From an uncultured Gemmatimonadales bacterium (GTDB taxonomy: Bacteria > Gemmatimonadota > Gemmatimonadetes > Longimicrobiales > Longimicrobiaceae): a DNA stretch of 64,000 nt. The notes beneath the pieces were generated by a model. That model did not search any database. It was not told the DNA's origin and saw only the letters and a list, made by a program, of their open reading frames with translations. Made by a program: the position numbers and the translations under genes. Where the stretch lies: NCBI GenBank assembly GCA_963716255.1, contig OY970303.1:4928001-4992000 (forward strand), given 5' to 3'. This document shows positions 27,423 to 36,441 of the stretch, piece by piece (the first letter of the stretch is position 1; each line of letters begins with the position of its first letter).

Positions 27423-28508
27423 TCAGCTGTCCGGCGCGCGGGGCGGGAGGCGACGCGCGCGAGCCCGGAGCGCGTCCAGGTTGGCGCGCTCGCCCTCCGC
27501 TTCCAGCAGCTCGCGGCGGCGTGCGGCGAACTTCTCGTACTCGGCCTCGGCGTGGCTGTCGGCGTCGGCTTTGCGTACGTGGCCGGCGTCGGGGAGCACG
27601 TCGCGCTCGTTGAAGCGGAGGAACGCGTCCAGCCGCTCCTCCCAGTCACGTAGGAACACCTGTCGGCGCCGGCGGGCCTGGTCTTCGGCGTAGTCCAGCC
27701 ACATGACGACGATGCGGTTCAGCTCGTCGATCTCGCCGTCGCGCAGGTAGTTCTTGGCCACCGTCACGTCGCCCTTGCGAACGTCCGCGCCCTTCCAGGT
27801 GGTCAGCCCCATGTGGGGCCGTCCATGGTTCGCCCGCTCGCGGATCAGCTCGGCGGCTGTCCTGCCGGTGGCGGCGAAGTGCAGCTTGTTCTGGATCGTC
27901 TGGAAGAAGCGCGCGGTCTGCTCGTGGTTGGGGACGTAGTCGGCGGCCATGGCGAAGATCTCGCGCACGCGCAGGTACATGCGTCGTTCGCTGGCGCGGA
28001 TGTCCCGGATCCGCTCCAGCAGCTCGCCGAAGTAGTCGGGCACGCCCTGGCCGTCGATGGGCGGATTGCGCAGCCGCTCGTCGTCCAGGGTGAAGCCCTT
28101 CACCAGGTACTCGCGCAGCCGCTCCGTGGCCCAGCGGCGGAACTGCGTGCCGCGCACCGAGCGCACCCGGTATCCCACCGCCAGGATGGCGTCCAGGCTG
28201 TAGTGCTTCACCAAGCGGCGGACCTCCCGAGCGCCCTCCCGGCGAACCTGTAAGTATTCCTTACAGGTTGCCTCCTCATCGATCTCGCCCTCCTGGTACA
28301 GCTGCTTCAGGTGCTGCGTGACGTTCTGCGGCGTGGTCTGGAACAGCTCGGCCATGAGCGCCTGGCTCAGCCAGAGCGTCTCGTCGGCGAAGCGGCATTC
28401 CACGCGCGTGCGGCCGTCCTCCGTCTCGTAGAGGACCAGCTCGCCGCGCGCGGTATCGGACTCGTCTTCGCGCATTCCGCTCACAGGCTCCGCACGTTCT
28501 GCAGCCAC
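27423..28508 (-). CDS. RhuM-family (Virulence_RhuM) DNA-binding protein (start may be ATG 28475)
   Basis: ETLWLSQALMAELF, YSLDAILAVGYRVRSVRGTQFRRWA, RIRDIRASERRMY, IQNKLHFA, AKNYL. Confidence 0.9.
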   Translation of the reverse strand: MAAERAEPVSGMREDESDTARGELVLYETEDGRTRVECRFADETLWLSQALMAELFQTTPQNVTQHLKQLYQEGEIDEEATCKEYLQVRREGAREVRRLVKHYSLDAILAVGYRVRSVRGTQFRRWATERLREYLVKGFTLDDERLRNPPIDGQGVPDYFGELLERIRDIRASERRMYLRVREIFAMAADYVPNHEQTARFFQTIQNKLHFAATGRTAAELIRERANHGRPHMGLTTWKGADVRKGDVTVAKNYLRDGEIDELNRIVVMWLDYAEDQARRRRQVFLRDWEERLDAFLRFNERDVLPDAGHVRKADADSHAEAEYEKFAARRRELLEAEGERANLDALRARARRLPPRAPDS

Positions 28509-28713
28509 CGTCGGTCGAGGACCGCGGTCGGGTGGGGTTCCGACGGCGCTTCCAGCGAAGGCTCCGTCGCCGGCGGTGAACGTATGGCCACAAACAGACG
28601 CTCGCCAGGGAGATGGGCCCCATCACCCCGGGTTCCTGCACGCGTTCTGGCGCCCTGAAAAGCAGCACACTTGCCGCGGCGATCGGCTGCGACGGTCGAG
28701 GAATGGAGGCCGA

Positions 28714-30318
28714 CTACGAGCGGACGACGATTGCAGGACGGAAGGCGGTGAGCCTCTCCTCGATCTCTTCGGGGCTGGGTAGGTCAATGTATGTGCGGTG
28801 CTCGTCCGGCATGAACGGCGGCAGCAGGGTGACGTACGCGTCCATCGCCCCCCCGTGCGGGTTGCTGTGTCCCGCGTAGGCCCGGAGCGCCGGGGCGGGG
28901 ATCCGCGTCGACCCCCAAGACAGGTGGGTCGCGCGGAAGATGTGCGTGCACCTGCGGGGCAGCTTCAGTCCGGCGAGGAGGAGCACCCGGGCGATGCGGC
29001 CCTGGTACGTCTTCTTGCTTCCCTGCGTGAACGGGCGCGCCGGGTGCGTCTGGACGGCGAAGGAGCCCGGGGCGGGTGAGCCGCCCTGGAGCGCGCGCAG
29101 GCGCTCCAGCCAGGGGACGAGCGAGCGCTGGAGCGGGATCCAGCGCGCGGCATTGTACGACTTGGTCCCGGGGATGAACGCCGCCTCCAACTCCCGGCGG
29201 AAGCACAGCCACCGGAGCGCCGTCTCCTCCTCGATCCGGGCGGCGGTGCCGAGTTGGAGGGCGATCACCTCGGTCGTGTTCGGCAGGACCCGGACGGCGA
29301 CGTTGGGCCTCCCCGCGATCAGCTCGCGGTCGTACCACATCGCCGCGGCGAGGATGTCGACCACCTGCTCGCGCGTGTAGACGTTCGGCTCCATCAGTTC
29401 CTCGATCCTCCCCTCCCGCGCGGCATTCCGCCGCTGCTTGGCGATCTCCCGGTCCGCGAGCCGGACCCCGGCGAACGGCGGTTCCTCGTCGGGGCAGGCG
29501 TAGCGCCACACGGCGGTGAGCGTGTCCCGCGCATTGGTCCGGGTCCGGAGCTTCGCCGGCCGTCGAGCCGTCCTTCCTCCCTCCCTCTGGACCACCTGCA
29601 GGTTCTCCAAGAAGTCCCGCACGACCTCGCGGGTCAGCGCCGCCAGCGGCCGCGAACCGAGCATGGGCACGACGTGGACCCGGCACACGCTCCGGCGGTT
29701 AGCCACGGTGTTGTGGTCCGCGCCGAGCTCCGCCTCCAGGTGGTCGAGGTACCGGTCCACGGCCTCGCTGACCCGCAGCGTGGCGATACCGCCGACGCGG
29801 GCGAGGGCGTTCCCCTGCTGCAGAAACGGCACGTAGTGGCTCCGGACCCAGGCTTCGGCGACCGCGAACTCGCCCGTGGTCCGCCCATAGTCCGGCCACC
29901 GCGGGTCGGCCGGGCAGAAGACCGTCATCGTCCTCTTCTGCCCCTTCGCGGGGTCCCGGCCCCACTCCTTGTTCCGCAGGTCCAGCTCGTACACGACTCC
30001 GCCCGCGTTCGCGCGCGTGCGGAGCTGCGCGACGAGCCGGTCGGCGAAGGTCGTCGGCCGGTGTCCCCTTTTCCGGCGGCCTCTGCGCCGCTGCTTTTCC
30101 GCCAAAGAATCCCCCCGTGCTGCGCTGGACGGGGACACCGCCGCGGCTCTCGCGGGCTGGACCCTTTCCCCGTTCATGGGACGGGGAGGCGGCACCTTCT
30201 CGGCGCCTGGCGGAGTGCCCGGGGGCAGGGGGGAGGAGATCGCACGGTCCAGCCAGGGGCGTAGCCGGGCGGGCTCGCGCCCGGCGCGAAGGACGCGGAC
30301 GGAGTCATCGGGACTCAC
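28714..30318 (-). CDS. Tyrosine recombinase/integrase (start uncertain)
   Basis: SAM-like core-binding region (VSEAVDRYL...HNTV...HVVPMLG); catalytic GTAARIEE, GTKS, HIFRAT, AGHS, DAYV. Confidence 0.8.
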   Translation of the reverse strand: MSPDDSVRVLRAGREPARLRPWLDRAISSPLPPGTPPGAEKVPPPRPMNGERVQPARAAAVSPSSAARGDSLAEKQRRRGRRKRGHRPTTFADRLVAQLRTRANAGGVVYELDLRNKEWGRDPAKGQKRTMTVFCPADPRWPDYGRTTGEFAVAEAWVRSHYVPFLQQGNALARVGGIATLRVSEAVDRYLDHLEAELGADHNTVANRRSVCRVHVVPMLGSRPLAALTREVVRDFLENLQVVQREGGRTARRPAKLRTRTNARDTLTAVWRYACPDEEPPFAGVRLADREIAKQRRNAAREGRIEELMEPNVYTREQVVDILAAAMWYDRELIAGRPNVAVRVLPNTTEVIALQLGTAARIEEETALRWLCFRRELEAAFIPGTKSYNAARWIPLQRSLVPWLERLRALQGGSPAPGSFAVQTHPARPFTQGSKKTYQGRIARVLLLAGLKLPRRCTHIFRATHLSWGSTRIPAPALRAYAGHSNPHGGAMDAYVTLLPPFMPDEHRTYIDLPSPEEIEERLTAFRPAIVVRS

Positions 30319-30736
30319 TCCGCGGCGCTGGAGGCCCCACCTCGGCCGCTGGCCTGCTTTGCAGGTAGTCGCACATCGCGTCCGGGCCGATCAGGTAAGC
30401 CCCATGGTCGCGCCCTTCCACTTTACGGTGGTGCCGCATGCCTCCGGCCTGGACTGCCAGCCTGAGCTCGCGGACGGAGATGCCCTGGAGCAGGGCCGAC
30501 CATTCGCGGGGCTTCAGACCGGCATCGCCGTATTCCCGGCGGACCCACTCCACCACCTGATCGGCGGTCCAGGGCGTCTCCCCTCTGTCGATGTCGCCGC
30601 GGACCTCCACCGCCCGGTGGGCGTCCGCGGGGACCTGTATGGAAACGATCTGGATCGACGTCCCGGGACGGGCCTCCATCACCAAGCGCTGGATGTCGTC
30701 GAGGGTCATCGCTCCTCCCGCTATCGTCATCCCCAT
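30305..30736 (-). CDS. Excisionase/AlpA-like HTH protein
   Basis: GISVRELRLAVQAGGMRHHRK...GAYLIGPDAMCDYL; overlaps the integrase start. Confidence 0.5.
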   Translation of the reverse strand: MGMTIAGGAMTLDDIQRLVMEARPGTSIQIVSIQVPADAHRAVEVRGDIDRGETPWTADQVVEWVRREYGDAGLKPREWSALLQGISVRELRLAVQAGGMRHHRKVEGRDHGAYLIGPDAMCDYLQSRPAAEVGPPAPRSESR

Positions 30737-30845
30737 GTATCGTCCTTTCCGGATCTATGAGAGGAATCGACCCGTTGCCGCGCGGAGTCGGTCCTGGCTC
30801 CGGATGCGTGCTACCGGAAGGGCAGGCTGCCGGCTGTTCCTCTGG

Positions 30846-32552
30846 TTATGGGGAGCCAGGATGCCGGCCCTGTGGCTTGCCCGGATGGAGCCAGGCGCGC
30901 ACAGCTGCGTCCGACGGTGCGCTGCGGATGTGAGGCGGTACGTAGACGTATGCCGTTCGCTGCTTGTAGGTGCGCCACCCGTTCGGTGCGATAGCGTAGA
31001 CGCGTGTCACCGCCCCCGACCGGATCCCGTGGTACAGAGCCCCAGGCGAGGGATAACCGGATGGGAGGCCAAGCATTCCCCGGACCTCCCTGAGCGGAAC
31101 GAAATCACCGGCCTGATACTCAGGCCTTCCGAGCTCCGCGACCACCTCCTCCAGGGGGCGCCCGCGAGATGGGACATACTTTTTTCGCCTGAGCTCCCAG
31201 TCGGCCGGAAGTGACGCCGTTCGGGCATAGACGCGTCCAGCCTCATCCCGCTCTACCATCGCAAGCCGAAGCATCGACCTGGGCAGCCGGGAGTGCCTGC
31301 GGAGGACGATCACCTCTGCCTCGTCCCACCCGGTGCGACGGCAAACGTCCCGGCGAGCGTATGTGGGAAAAGCGATGTGCAGCTCGCGCATTGTAGGCTG
31401 GAGAAGCAAACCGTCCTCCCCCCAGCGAGCCGGGCCCAGCCGGCCCTTCAGGGCCGCCCTGAGAACCTCCTTCGTCTCCAATTCCAGGTCCAGCGCAAGC
31501 TCGCCCACAGTTCGATGGAGGCCACCGCGGGGTCTCACCGTTTCGAGGTGCTCGTGCAGAGCGGCGGCTCCGAGCACCCGGCTGGGAGTCCATGGGAACG
31601 ATCTTCGCTCTCCACTCGTGGCAGCGCTGATCTCAGCGGCCACATCGGCTGGCAGGATGCCCTGCCGCAGCTGGTGATACGCCCGGACCCGTGCGGCGTG
31701 GCTGCAGCGGAAGTGGCCACCGAAGAATACACGCCGCACCGAGGCTCCCGCTGGAAAGCACACCTCGACTTCGTACACCGAGCGTCCGACACACATGACG
31801 TGGATCGACTCCGTGAGCGTGTCCACGATCTGCCGAAGCATGCCTTCAACCTTCCTCGCGCGGCGGACGAGTTCGGGCAGGTCGCTGCCGAGCCCGAGGA
31901 TCCGTTTCATGTCCACTGCGCGGGCTTCCTGGAAATGCCGCTCGTCCTCGCGGAGCTGGCGCAGCTCGGATTCGGCCCGCACCAAGTCCCGCCTCAACTT
32001 CTCCATCTTCCCGCGCCAGTGGCTCACTTCGGCCGCCTTCCTATCGCGCTGTGCCGACAGGACCAGACTGGAAGCGGCTTCATGATGCGCTTCGAGGTGC
32101 ACCACTTGGTTCTCAAGGGCCGCACGACGCCCTTTCAACGCGCCCTCCTCCACCCTTATCCTCTCCAGCCCTGCACGGAGGCGTTCCGGCCGAAAGACCT
32201 CCAGCAATATGTCCAAGACGACTTCGTCGAGGATGGCTGGGACCGAGCGTGAGTGCGGCACGGGGTCGCCATGGCAGGAGGACACATATCGGTACTGTCC
32301 AAGGAGCACGGCGGGGTAGGACGCACGAAGAATGTGACCGCATCGCTTTCCCGGAGCGATCTCGTAGGAGCAGCGAGCGAGCGAGATGGCGTGGTGGCAG
32401 GGGAAGCGCCGCCTTGAACGCCCGTCGGATCCGCTCGCCGGGTGCGAAAGGATCTCGCGGACGCGCAACGCGTCGGCTGGCGCCGCGAAGCTGGGAAAGG
32501 CGTCCGGCTCCTCTACTCGGAACGAGAAAGAGCCGTCAGCAGGGGTCCTCAT
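30846..32552 (-). CDS. C-terminal part of a large serine recombinase (Zn ribbon, coiled coil, HTH-like tail)
   Basis: LARC...KRCGHIL...YRYVSSC...LDEVVLDILLEVF; coiled coil; RQIVDTLTESIHV. Has its own RBS GGAGG and an ATGA overlap. Confidence 0.7.
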   Translation of the reverse strand: MRTPADGSFSFRVEEPDAFPSFAAPADALRVREILSHPASGSDGRSRRRFPCHHAISLARCSYEIAPGKRCGHILRASYPAVLLGQYRYVSSCHGDPVPHSRSVPAILDEVVLDILLEVFRPERLRAGLERIRVEEGALKGRRAALENQVVHLEAHHEAASSLVLSAQRDRKAAEVSHWRGKMEKLRRDLVRAESELRQLREDERHFQEARAVDMKRILGLGSDLPELVRRARKVEGMLRQIVDTLTESIHVMCVGRSVYEVEVCFPAGASVRRVFFGGHFRCSHAARVRAYHQLRQGILPADVAAEISAATSGERRSFPWTPSRVLGAAALHEHLETVRPRGGLHRTVGELALDLELETKEVLRAALKGRLGPARWGEDGLLLQPTMRELHIAFPTYARRDVCRRTGWDEAEVIVLRRHSRLPRSMLRLAMVERDEAGRVYARTASLPADWELRRKKYVPSRGRPLEEVVAELGRPEYQAGDFVPLREVRGMLGLPSGYPSPGALYHGIRSGAVTRVYAIAPNGWRTYKQRTAYVYVPPHIRSAPSDAAVRAWLHPGKPQGRHPGSP

Positions 32553-33532
32553 GCGCTCCTCCGGCGCAGCCGGGTGTACGCCGGAGCCAGGGCGGGAGCG
32601 CTGAACGTGTAGGTTCCGTACAGTGCAGGCACCAGGAACCAGTTGTGGAGGTATTTGCGGTCTGCGGACCTCCAGACGGGCTTTACATGCGGGTCGAAGC
32701 GGAAGCTATGGGTGAACACCGGGACCCTGCCCGGCCGGGGCCATGCAGGATCATGGTGAATGCGGTACAGCACACCGGACAGGCTCCGCGTCTCCAGGAG
32801 CCACCGCAGGCGCAGTTCCACGCTCCGCGAGACATCCGCGTCGGGATAGGGAAGGATGTAGTACGGCTTGCCATTTCGGTGGGAAACGGCGCGGTGGCGG
32901 TCCAGGTCGTCGAGCCAGTGGGTCAGCCCGGCAGCGTGGAGCCGGCCGACATATTCCGGATCCTCCGGCGAGGCCCAGACCAGGCCGCTCGGGAGCTTGA
33001 TACGCTCCGAAAGCCTCTGCGCCTTGGCGAAGCGGCTCATCATCATCCAGCGCACGCGGGCTCGGTTCTCAAACTCGGCGAACTGGGCGTAGATCTTCAG
33101 GATGAAAGCATCACCCTCGTCCGCCGGATCGTAGATCCGGCCGTCGACCATCATCAGTGTGCCGCGCTCTGCCATGAGGTTGAAGACGCGGATCGCGTCC
33201 TCCTCGCTGCGGCCGAGCCGGTCGTGCCGAGCGAGGACGACGAGTCCGACCTGATCGCGCTCGATCATCCGCTCCAGCTCCCGGAATTTTTCTCTCACGA
33301 CGCCCGGACGCCCCGACTCCCCGTACGCGAGCACCACTTTCACGTCCTCTTCCCTGACTCCGAAGGGCGTGAGCCAGCGGAGGGAATCCTCCTGAACTGC
33401 TTGGCTCCCTGTGTTCTCGCGCGCCTGCAGCATGCTCGACTGGCGGAAGAAGCCCGCCACTCCCTTGGAGATCTGGTCCATCAGTCTGCCGAACTGGTTT
33501 GAAGGATATGACCGCTCAGCTCCGTCGCGCAT
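32549..33532 (-). CDS. N-terminal catalytic part of a large serine recombinase
   Basis: FFRQSS (catalytic Ser), ENTGSQAVQ, GESGR...REKF, ARHDRLGRS, DGRIYDP, AEFENRAR, KLPSGLVW. Confidence 0.85.
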   Translation of the reverse strand: MRDGAERSYPSNQFGRLMDQISKGVAGFFRQSSMLQARENTGSQAVQEDSLRWLTPFGVREEDVKVVLAYGESGRPGVVREKFRELERMIERDQVGLVVLARHDRLGRSEEDAIRVFNLMAERGTLMMVDGRIYDPADEGDAFILKIYAQFAEFENRARVRWMMMSRFAKAQRLSERIKLPSGLVWASPEDPEYVGRLHAAGLTHWLDDLDRHRAVSHRNGKPYYILPYPDADVSRSVELRLRWLLETRSLSGVLYRIHHDPAWPRPGRVPVFTHSFRFDPHVKPVWRSADRKYLHNWFLVPALYGTYTFSAPALAPAYTRLRRRSA

Positions 33533-33737
33533 GCTCCCGGCTCCTTCCCCTCAGGTTGACGTTGGCATCGACCCACGCCGGGTCGACGTGCTCGAGCTCA
33601 CCGTCCAGTTGCAGCAACTCTGCTGCAATCCGGAGCAGGGCTACGAGGGACTGCACCACATCCTCGTCAGCGATGTCTCCGGCCCGTTCAGTCGTCCGGC
33701 TCAGGATCCCAGAGCGGGCTCTGGAGTGTCGCGGCAT
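33516..33737 (-). CDS. Small hypothetical protein upstream of the recombinase
   Basis: RBS AGGAGG before ATG 33737; overlaps the recombinase start; amphipathic helix VVQSLVALLRIAAELL. Confidence 0.4.
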   Translation of the reverse strand: MPRHSRARSGILSRTTERAGDIADEDVVQSLVALLRIAAELLQLDGELEHVDPAWVDANVNLRGRSREHARRS

Positions 33738-34112
33738 TCGTCCCCTCCTGTTGATGCACCGGTTCGCCCTCCACAGGTGGGGACGAAGCAGAGGCACCGG
33801 GGGTGCCGCCGACAGCACAGGGGAACTCAGCTCGAAGCTCCTCCACGCACTTGAGGATCCGAACGAAGTCGGCAAAACCGTAGCATGCGAACGGGTCAGC
33901 GCAGCTGCCCACGTCCTTTGCAACGCCTTGTCCTGCCTGAAGCGGGACATAATCGCCCTCGCGGTGCCTCGACCTGAGAGGCGGGACTTCATGGCCGGTG
34001 GAGATCATGTACAATTCCGGTGGTGGTCAGCATCCATTGAAGTGTCACGGCAGTAAACTTCCGCCAGGCGTCCGCCTGGCAGGACATCACTCACCTGACA
34101 CCTTGGTGACCA

Positions 34113-35060
34113 ATGCCCAAGCCGCCCCCGAATCCGAGTCGACAGGGTAGCCCGTGGCTACCCCACCTGGATGGTTCAGATACGTGCGAGGCGCGACCTG
34201 ACGCGAGTCATCCTCCGGATTCCACGATAAGAGGTATCCAAAAGCAGTACAATGGTTTAGATGCATACACAACTGGGCGGGAGAAGTGTGCCCGAACGCC
34301 TTCCCGTGTCGAGCAAACCATACAGGGGCGGCTCCGCATTGCGATTGCATTATCCGGTATGTCTGTGAACGCGTTCATCCGGGCCCTCTGTGAACGGCGA
34401 GTTCGGGGGAGGACCCGGAAGAGCGTGTACGATTATCTAAACGGAAGGGTGGTACCGCCGTTGAGCTTTCTTAATGCCGCCGCAGAAGTTCTTCAGGCTC
34501 ATCCAGATTGGCTCGTGCTCGGACAGCAAGCACCGCTCGGCATGCCCAATATCCTGCCGCCTTTACGCTTGGATTACTGGAAGATGATGGAGGAGTTTGA
34601 GGCGTCAGAACGCCGGCAGGTGGAGGGGGCAATCGCGGAACATATACCGTGGTTCCGCAGCATGAGCCCCCGGGTGAGAGACAGCGTCTACGACCTGTTC
34701 GTGCAAATTGAGTCGTTCAACTGGTCGTACCGCTACTGCCATATCCCCACGAACGAAGCAGCGCACGACCTCGACTTGGCGACGAATCTCGGCTGGATTA
34801 TGGGGGCGCTAGTGAACGGCCTTTCACTGGACCCGATGTGGGTCTCCAAGGAGAGGCTGGAGCAGTATGTCACCGCGATGTGCGGGGTGCTGCCGATGCT
34901 GCTACCCGATGTGGGAGAGCCTTCTAGAGGTGAACTGCGGGAGATACAAGACCTGTTCTTCCGACTTGAGAAAGCTAGGGGAGATCATCTGCCTCCACAC
35001 CTCAAGATCCTGGGCACTCGCCATCCGCATCAGCGCCGACTCGAAGAAAACGCCAAATGA
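34113..35060 (+). CDS. XRE-like HTH protein with a C-terminal extension (start probably later)
   Basis: GRLRIAIALSGMSV...KSVYDYLNGRVVPP...AEVLQAHPDWLVLG. Confidence 0.6.
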   Translation: MPKPPPNPSRQGSPWLPHLDGSDTCEARPDASHPPDSTIRGIQKQYNGLDAYTTGREKCARTPSRVEQTIQGRLRIAIALSGMSVNAFIRALCERRVRGRTRKSVYDYLNGRVVPPLSFLNAAAEVLQAHPDWLVLGQQAPLGMPNILPPLRLDYWKMMEEFEASERRQVEGAIAEHIPWFRSMSPRVRDSVYDLFVQIESFNWSYRYCHIPTNEAAHDLDLATNLGWIMGALVNGLSLDPMWVSKERLEQYVTAMCGVLPMLLPDVGEPSRGELREIQDLFFRLEKARGDHLPPHLKILGTRHPHQRRLEENAK

Positions 35061-35109
35061 CGCTGCTGCTCGTCCCCGTACAGCAGTGACACCGCAGGAA
35101 AGCGCTCGA

Positions 35110-35337
35110 TTACGAGGGCTCGCTGCCGGGCGGGGGCGATCCCTCGCGCTCGCGTGCTACCTGGATAGCCTGCTTCACCGAGTCGCGGCCTTCCTCGATC
35201 TCCTCCTCCGTGAGCCTCGCCAGCGCCGACTGTGCGCCAGCGACGTCCTTTCGGGTGACGCGGACGAAGAGGCCGGGCAGCCACCTGCGGGCTGCCCACC
35301 GAAGGCGGGCTACCAGGGTGTTGATCCATGTGAGCAT
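35110..35337 (-). CDS. Small hypothetical protein
   Basis: 75-aa ORF downstream of, and co-directional with, the XRE gene. Confidence 0.35.
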   Translation of the reverse strand: MLTWINTLVARLRWAARRWLPGLFVRVTRKDVAGAQSALARLTEEEIEEGRDSVKQAIQVAREREGSPPPGSEPS

Positions 35338-35437
35338 GCGAGGGCGCCGCGGGTGCCGGGATTCACCTGCGCTGAAATCCTAATCCTACCCGCGCAAGCC
35401 GGGAACGGCGGTTGAACGAGCGAGGGCGGCCTCCGTC

Positions 35438-35680
35438 TCAGGGAGCCCGCCCTCGCGACTGGTCCAGAGCGCGACCGAAGTCGGCCCATTTCACGCCCAG
35501 CGTGTCCAGCAGGGGAGTGAGCGAGAGAATCGTCGGCTGGCGCTCGCCGCGCTCCAGCTGGCCGACGTAGGTCCGGTGGAACCCCGCGCGTGCGGCGAGC
35601 CCCTCCTGCGAGAGGCCGGCTTCCTGGCGGAACTGGCGGAGCAGGGCCCCGACGTTCGGCGGATCGGCGAGCGGACGCAT
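35438..35680 (-). CDS. XRE/HTH_3 regulator (controller-protein-like)
   Basis: GALLRQFRQEAGLSQEGLAARAGFHRTYVGQLERGERQPT. Confidence 0.88.
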   Translation of the reverse strand: MRPLADPPNVGALLRQFRQEAGLSQEGLAARAGFHRTYVGQLERGERQPTILSLTPLLDTLGVKWADFGRALDQSRGRAP

Positions 35681-35743
35681 GCCGATGTCAATAGCGGCCA
35701 GGAAGCTGGTGTGCTACAGACTTTAGCTATACATAGCAATAGC

Positions 35744-35761
35744 TATCCATAGCTATGGATA
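35744..35761. promoter_or_regulatory. Perfect 18-bp palindrome within repeated TAGCTAT units, putative operator
   Basis: TATCCATAGCTATGGATA in an AT-rich stretch upstream of the XRE gene. Confidence 0.5.
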
Positions 35762-35778
35762 TGATTCATTTCTCCATT

Positions 35779-36441
35779 TCACCGGTCCAGACGCCGCAGG
35801 TAGAGGAGTGCGGCAGCGCGGTCGCGGGCGCACATATTCTTGATCCGCCGGAGCGCGTCATTCCGTACGCTGGTCTGCATGCGCTGGAAGCGACGCTTCG
35901 CCGCCGAGCGCGTGAGACCGAGCTCGCGTGCGATCTGGCTCCAGGTCATGCTCTCCTCCACCCGCAGCTGCAGCAGGCGGAGTGCGGGGGCGGGAAGCGT
36001 CTCGACCACTTCATCCAACACCCGGTGCAGCACCCGCCGGCCCCGGCCAGGTGGAGTAGGTGCTCGTTCGCTGCTCGCGAGAAGGAAGTCTTCCCGCACG
36101 CAGGAGTTTTCCTCGAGCATCTGGGAAAAACGGAAGGTAGGCGCGTGGACGGTGCGAAAGTGGTCGACGCAGAGGTTGCGGATGATCGCGAGTGCCCAGG
36201 CGATGACCTGGGTGTCGGCCAGCGCGCGGCACTGCCCCAGGCCGAGGACGATCCGGACCATGGCTTCCTGCGTGAGGTCCCGGGCCGTTTCTTCGGCCTC
36301 CGGGTCGAGGAAAAGCTGCGCCCGCGCGTACCGGAAAAGCACCGGGCGAAGCAGGCGGAGCAGGCTCTCGAGGGCCTCCTTGTCGCCCTCGCGCGCGCGG
36401 AACAGGCTCCTGCTCAGGTACCCATCGCTGGTCGCACGCAT
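35779..36441 (-). CDS. ECF sigma factor (sigma70 family)
   Basis: AREGDKEALESLL...ARDLTQEAM...AWALAIIRNLCVDHFR; region 4 MTWSQIARELGLTRSAAKRR. Confidence 0.85.
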   Translation of the reverse strand: MRATSDGYLSRSLFRAREGDKEALESLLRLLRPVLFRYARAQLFLDPEAEETARDLTQEAMVRIVLGLGQCRALADTQVIAWALAIIRNLCVDHFRTVHAPTFRFSQMLEENSCVREDFLLASSERAPTPPGRGRRVLHRVLDEVVETLPAPALRLLQLRVEESMTWSQIARELGLTRSAAKRRFQRMQTSVRNDALRRIKNMCARDRAAALLYLRRLDR

